Source: an uncultured bacterium (GTDB lineage Bacteria > Verrucomicrobiota > Kiritimatiellia > RFP12 > UBA1067). From it: DNA of 64,000 nucleotides. The stretch lies in contig CADCCW010000011.1 of NCBI GenBank assembly GCA_902800055.1, positions 2,270 to 66,269 of the forward strand, read 5' to 3'. Shown here piece after piece: positions 62,251-64,000 of this stretch; within the stretch, counting starts at the first letter, position 1, and every line of letters begins with the position of its first letter. The translations under genes and the position numbers were made by a program. Under the pieces are notes generated by a model. The model saw nothing but the letters and a program-made list of their open reading frames with translations. It was not told the origin of the DNA and did not search any database.

Positions 62251-63999
62251 CTATTTTTTCGTGGCGAAGTCCGCCCGCGCCAGCAGCTCCGAGAGCTTCT
62301 CGACGGTCACCGGCTTCAGGAGCAGCGCGTCGAACCCCTGCTTCTGATAGGTCGAGAGCGCCTCGACGTCGGCAGTGATCGAGCACACCTTCAGATGCCT
62401 GAGCTTCTCGTCGGCGCGGATCCGCCTGACGAGCTCCGACCCGTCCATGACCGGCATCCACATGTCGGACAGGACGAGGTCGAAGGACGGATCGCGCTCG
62501 AGGACGTCAAGTGCGGCCTTGCCGTCCACCGCGAGCTCAAGGTTGTCGATGCCCATCTTGTTCAGCATGGCCTTCAGCACCGCGCGGTTCACCGGAGAGT
62601 CGTCCACGACGAGAATGCGCCGGGGCAAAGCCGTCGCTCCGCCTGCGGCCGCAGTTTCCTCCGTCCCGGCGCCATCGCCGTCGGGCGCGACGTCCACGGG
62701 CACCTTCGTCTGGATCTTGAACCCCTTGCCGGACGCAGTCTCGATTGAGACCGTGCCGTGGGCGATGTCGACAAGCCTCTTGCAGATCGCAAGCCCGAGC
62801 CCGCTGCCCTCGGTGCGATTCTTGATGTCGGCCTGCACGAACGGCTGCATGAGACGCTTCGCCTTCTCGGCCGGCACTCCCCTGCCGTCGTCGGCCACCG
62901 TCGTGGTCAGCATGCCGTCTGCATACTCCACCCTGACGCGAATCGTGCACGGTCCAGCGTACTTCACCGCATTGCCGACGAAGTTGAAAAGCACCTGCCT
63001 GAACCGGTACGGGTCCACCATGAAGCGCCGGGAATCCATGACCTCCGCGACGATCGCCTGACCATTCGCCTTCGCCATCGGCCCGAACATCATGACCATC
63101 TCGTTGACCAGTTCGCCGATGTTCACGGACTCCAGGCTGAACTGCATCTTGCCGAGGTCCATCTTCGAGAGGTCGAGGACATCGTTGATCAGCTGCAAAA
63201 GCGTCTTGCCGCTCGACACGATCATCCTGAGGTACTGCTTCGCCTCGTTCTCGGGCACGCTGCCGGCCTCGAGAAGCTCCGAGAACCCGATGATGGCGTT
63301 CAGCGGCGTGCGGATGTCGTGGGAAACCGAGGAGAAGAAGTAGCTTCTCGCCTCCTCGGCCTCGATCACGCGGTCGCGCTCGGACTGGAGGCGAACGGCG
63401 GCGGAATGGCGTTCGAGCGCGAGCTTGAGGACGCCGGCGGCGATCTTGAGCGTGCAGCGGTCTTCCTCGGAGATCTTCTTCCGTCTGCGCACATAGTGCA
63501 GCGCGATGCCGCCCCAGGGCTTTCCGTCGCAGTACACTACGGCGACCTCAAGCGACTTCGCGGGACATTCGGACGGAAGCGACGTGACGGTCTGCCTCTT
63601 CGTGTCGGTCAGCTCGATGATGTGGTCGGCGTCCTCTACCGGCGGGATGACGAGCTTGTAGAACGAACACGCCTCGCAGCGCCCCGGGCAGGTCTTCAGC
63701 TCCTCACCGGGATAGAGCAGGCGGTGGTCTCCGTCCATCGAGTGGATCGCGATGTAGTCGCACTCGGTCAGCTCCATCAGGCGGTGCAGCGTCAGGTCTA
63801 TGAGGCCTGGCAGGTCGTCCTTCGAAAGCGCGTAGGAAAGCGTGTCGATGCGGAACTTCTGGTGCCTCTGCATCCGCGCAATCGTCTTCGCGTTCTGCTC
63901 CCTGGCGTAGGTGATGGACAGGAACTCCAGCGCAACCCGAAGCCCGCGCGCGACCTCCTGCATGTTGTGGCTGTGCGGCTTCGTGTAGTCGGCCACCAT
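62251..63999 (-). CDS. Hybrid sensor histidine kinase (GAF-like, HisKA, HATPase, receiver); the N-terminus lies beyond the window end
   Basis: H-box FFSSVSHDIRTPLNAIIGF, G-box GSGLGLAICKRLV, and receiver ILVVDDSPVNR...LSDMWMPVMDG. The ORF is open at the window edge. Confidence 0.85.
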   Translation of the reverse strand: MVADYTKPHSHNMQEVARGLRVALEFLSITYAREQNAKTIARMQRHQKFRIDTLSYALSKDDLPGLIDLTLHRLMELTECDYIAIHSMDGDHRLLYPGEELKTCPGRCEACSFYKLVIPPVEDADHIIELTDTKRQTVTSLPSECPAKSLEVAVVYCDGKPWGGIALHYVRRRKKISEEDRCTLKIAAGVLKLALERHSAAVRLQSERDRVIEAEEARSYFFSSVSHDIRTPLNAIIGFSELLEAGSVPENEAKQYLRMIVSSGKTLLQLINDVLDLSKMDLGKMQFSLESVNIGELVNEMVMMFGPMAKANGQAIVAEVMDSRRFMVDPYRFRQVLFNFVGNAVKYAGPCTIRVRVEYADGMLTTTVADDGRGVPAEKAKRLMQPFVQADIKNRTEGSGLGLAICKRLVDIAHGTVSIETASGKGFKIQTKVPVDVAPDGDGAGTEETAAAGGATALPRRILVVDDSPVNRAVLKAMLNKMGIDNLELAVDGKAALDVLERDPSFDLVLSDMWMPVMDGSELVRRIRADEKLRHLKVCSITADVEALSTYQKQGFDALLLKPVTVEKLSELLARADFATKK

Positions 64000-64000
64000 C

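Noticed and set aside
1-64000. tRNA, rRNA, tmRNA, RNase P or SRP RNA genes, transposases, integrases or prophage genes.
   Set aside because: The intergenic spaces are short (mostly under 130 nt), none shows tRNA-like T-arm or anticodon architecture, and no ORF shows transposase, integrase or phage structural motifs.

Overview
This is a GC-rich (about two-thirds G+C by eye), densely packed chromosomal segment from a Gram-negative bacterium (lptD and lpxK are present). The abundance of secreted glycan esterases and hydrolases and Tat signals suggests a PVC-type glycan degrader, but that is a low-confidence inference. I call about 55 protein genes, mostly on the + strand up to ~51 kb and on the - strand from 51 to 64 kb. 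Many neighbouring genes overlap by 4 nt (ATGA/GTGA). Recognisable content falls into these groups:
- Housekeeping: queC, an RluA-family gene, ispF, rpsP-rplS, dapB, fabH-fabF-fabZ, hisD, a cobB-like gene, ung, rng, lptD, lpxK, purE, a UXS-like gene, ruvB, lepB and guaB.
- Glycan-active enzymes: two sialate O-acetylesterase-family proteins, a WbsX-like protein and a GH95-like protein.
- Transport: a TetR-controlled RND efflux operon and a potABC operon with a broken potB.
- Signalling: three Hanks-type kinases and a hybrid histidine kinase.

No rRNA, tRNA, CRISPR array, transposase or integrase was seen.

The parts most worth follow-up are:
1. The first 1.7 kb, where a ~225-nt promoter-to-hairpin unit (a 60-73 aa secreted-peptide ORF or an sRNA) is duplicated around an AT-rich island carrying two small membrane-protein ORFs and a degenerate third copy.
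2. A recurrent TGGTATAAT box placed 7-13 nt from start codons, implying widespread leaderless mRNAs.
3. An XRE regulator translationally coupled to two minimal Ser/Thr kinases.
4. A pilin-less, secretin-less CpaB / FHA-CpaF / TadB trio directly appended to the RND efflux operon.
5. A small secreted protein built only of 21-residue YD-like repeats.
6. Families of 7-8 nt tandem oligomer repeats in intergenic spacers.

All functional calls rest on motifs read by eye. No database search was run.
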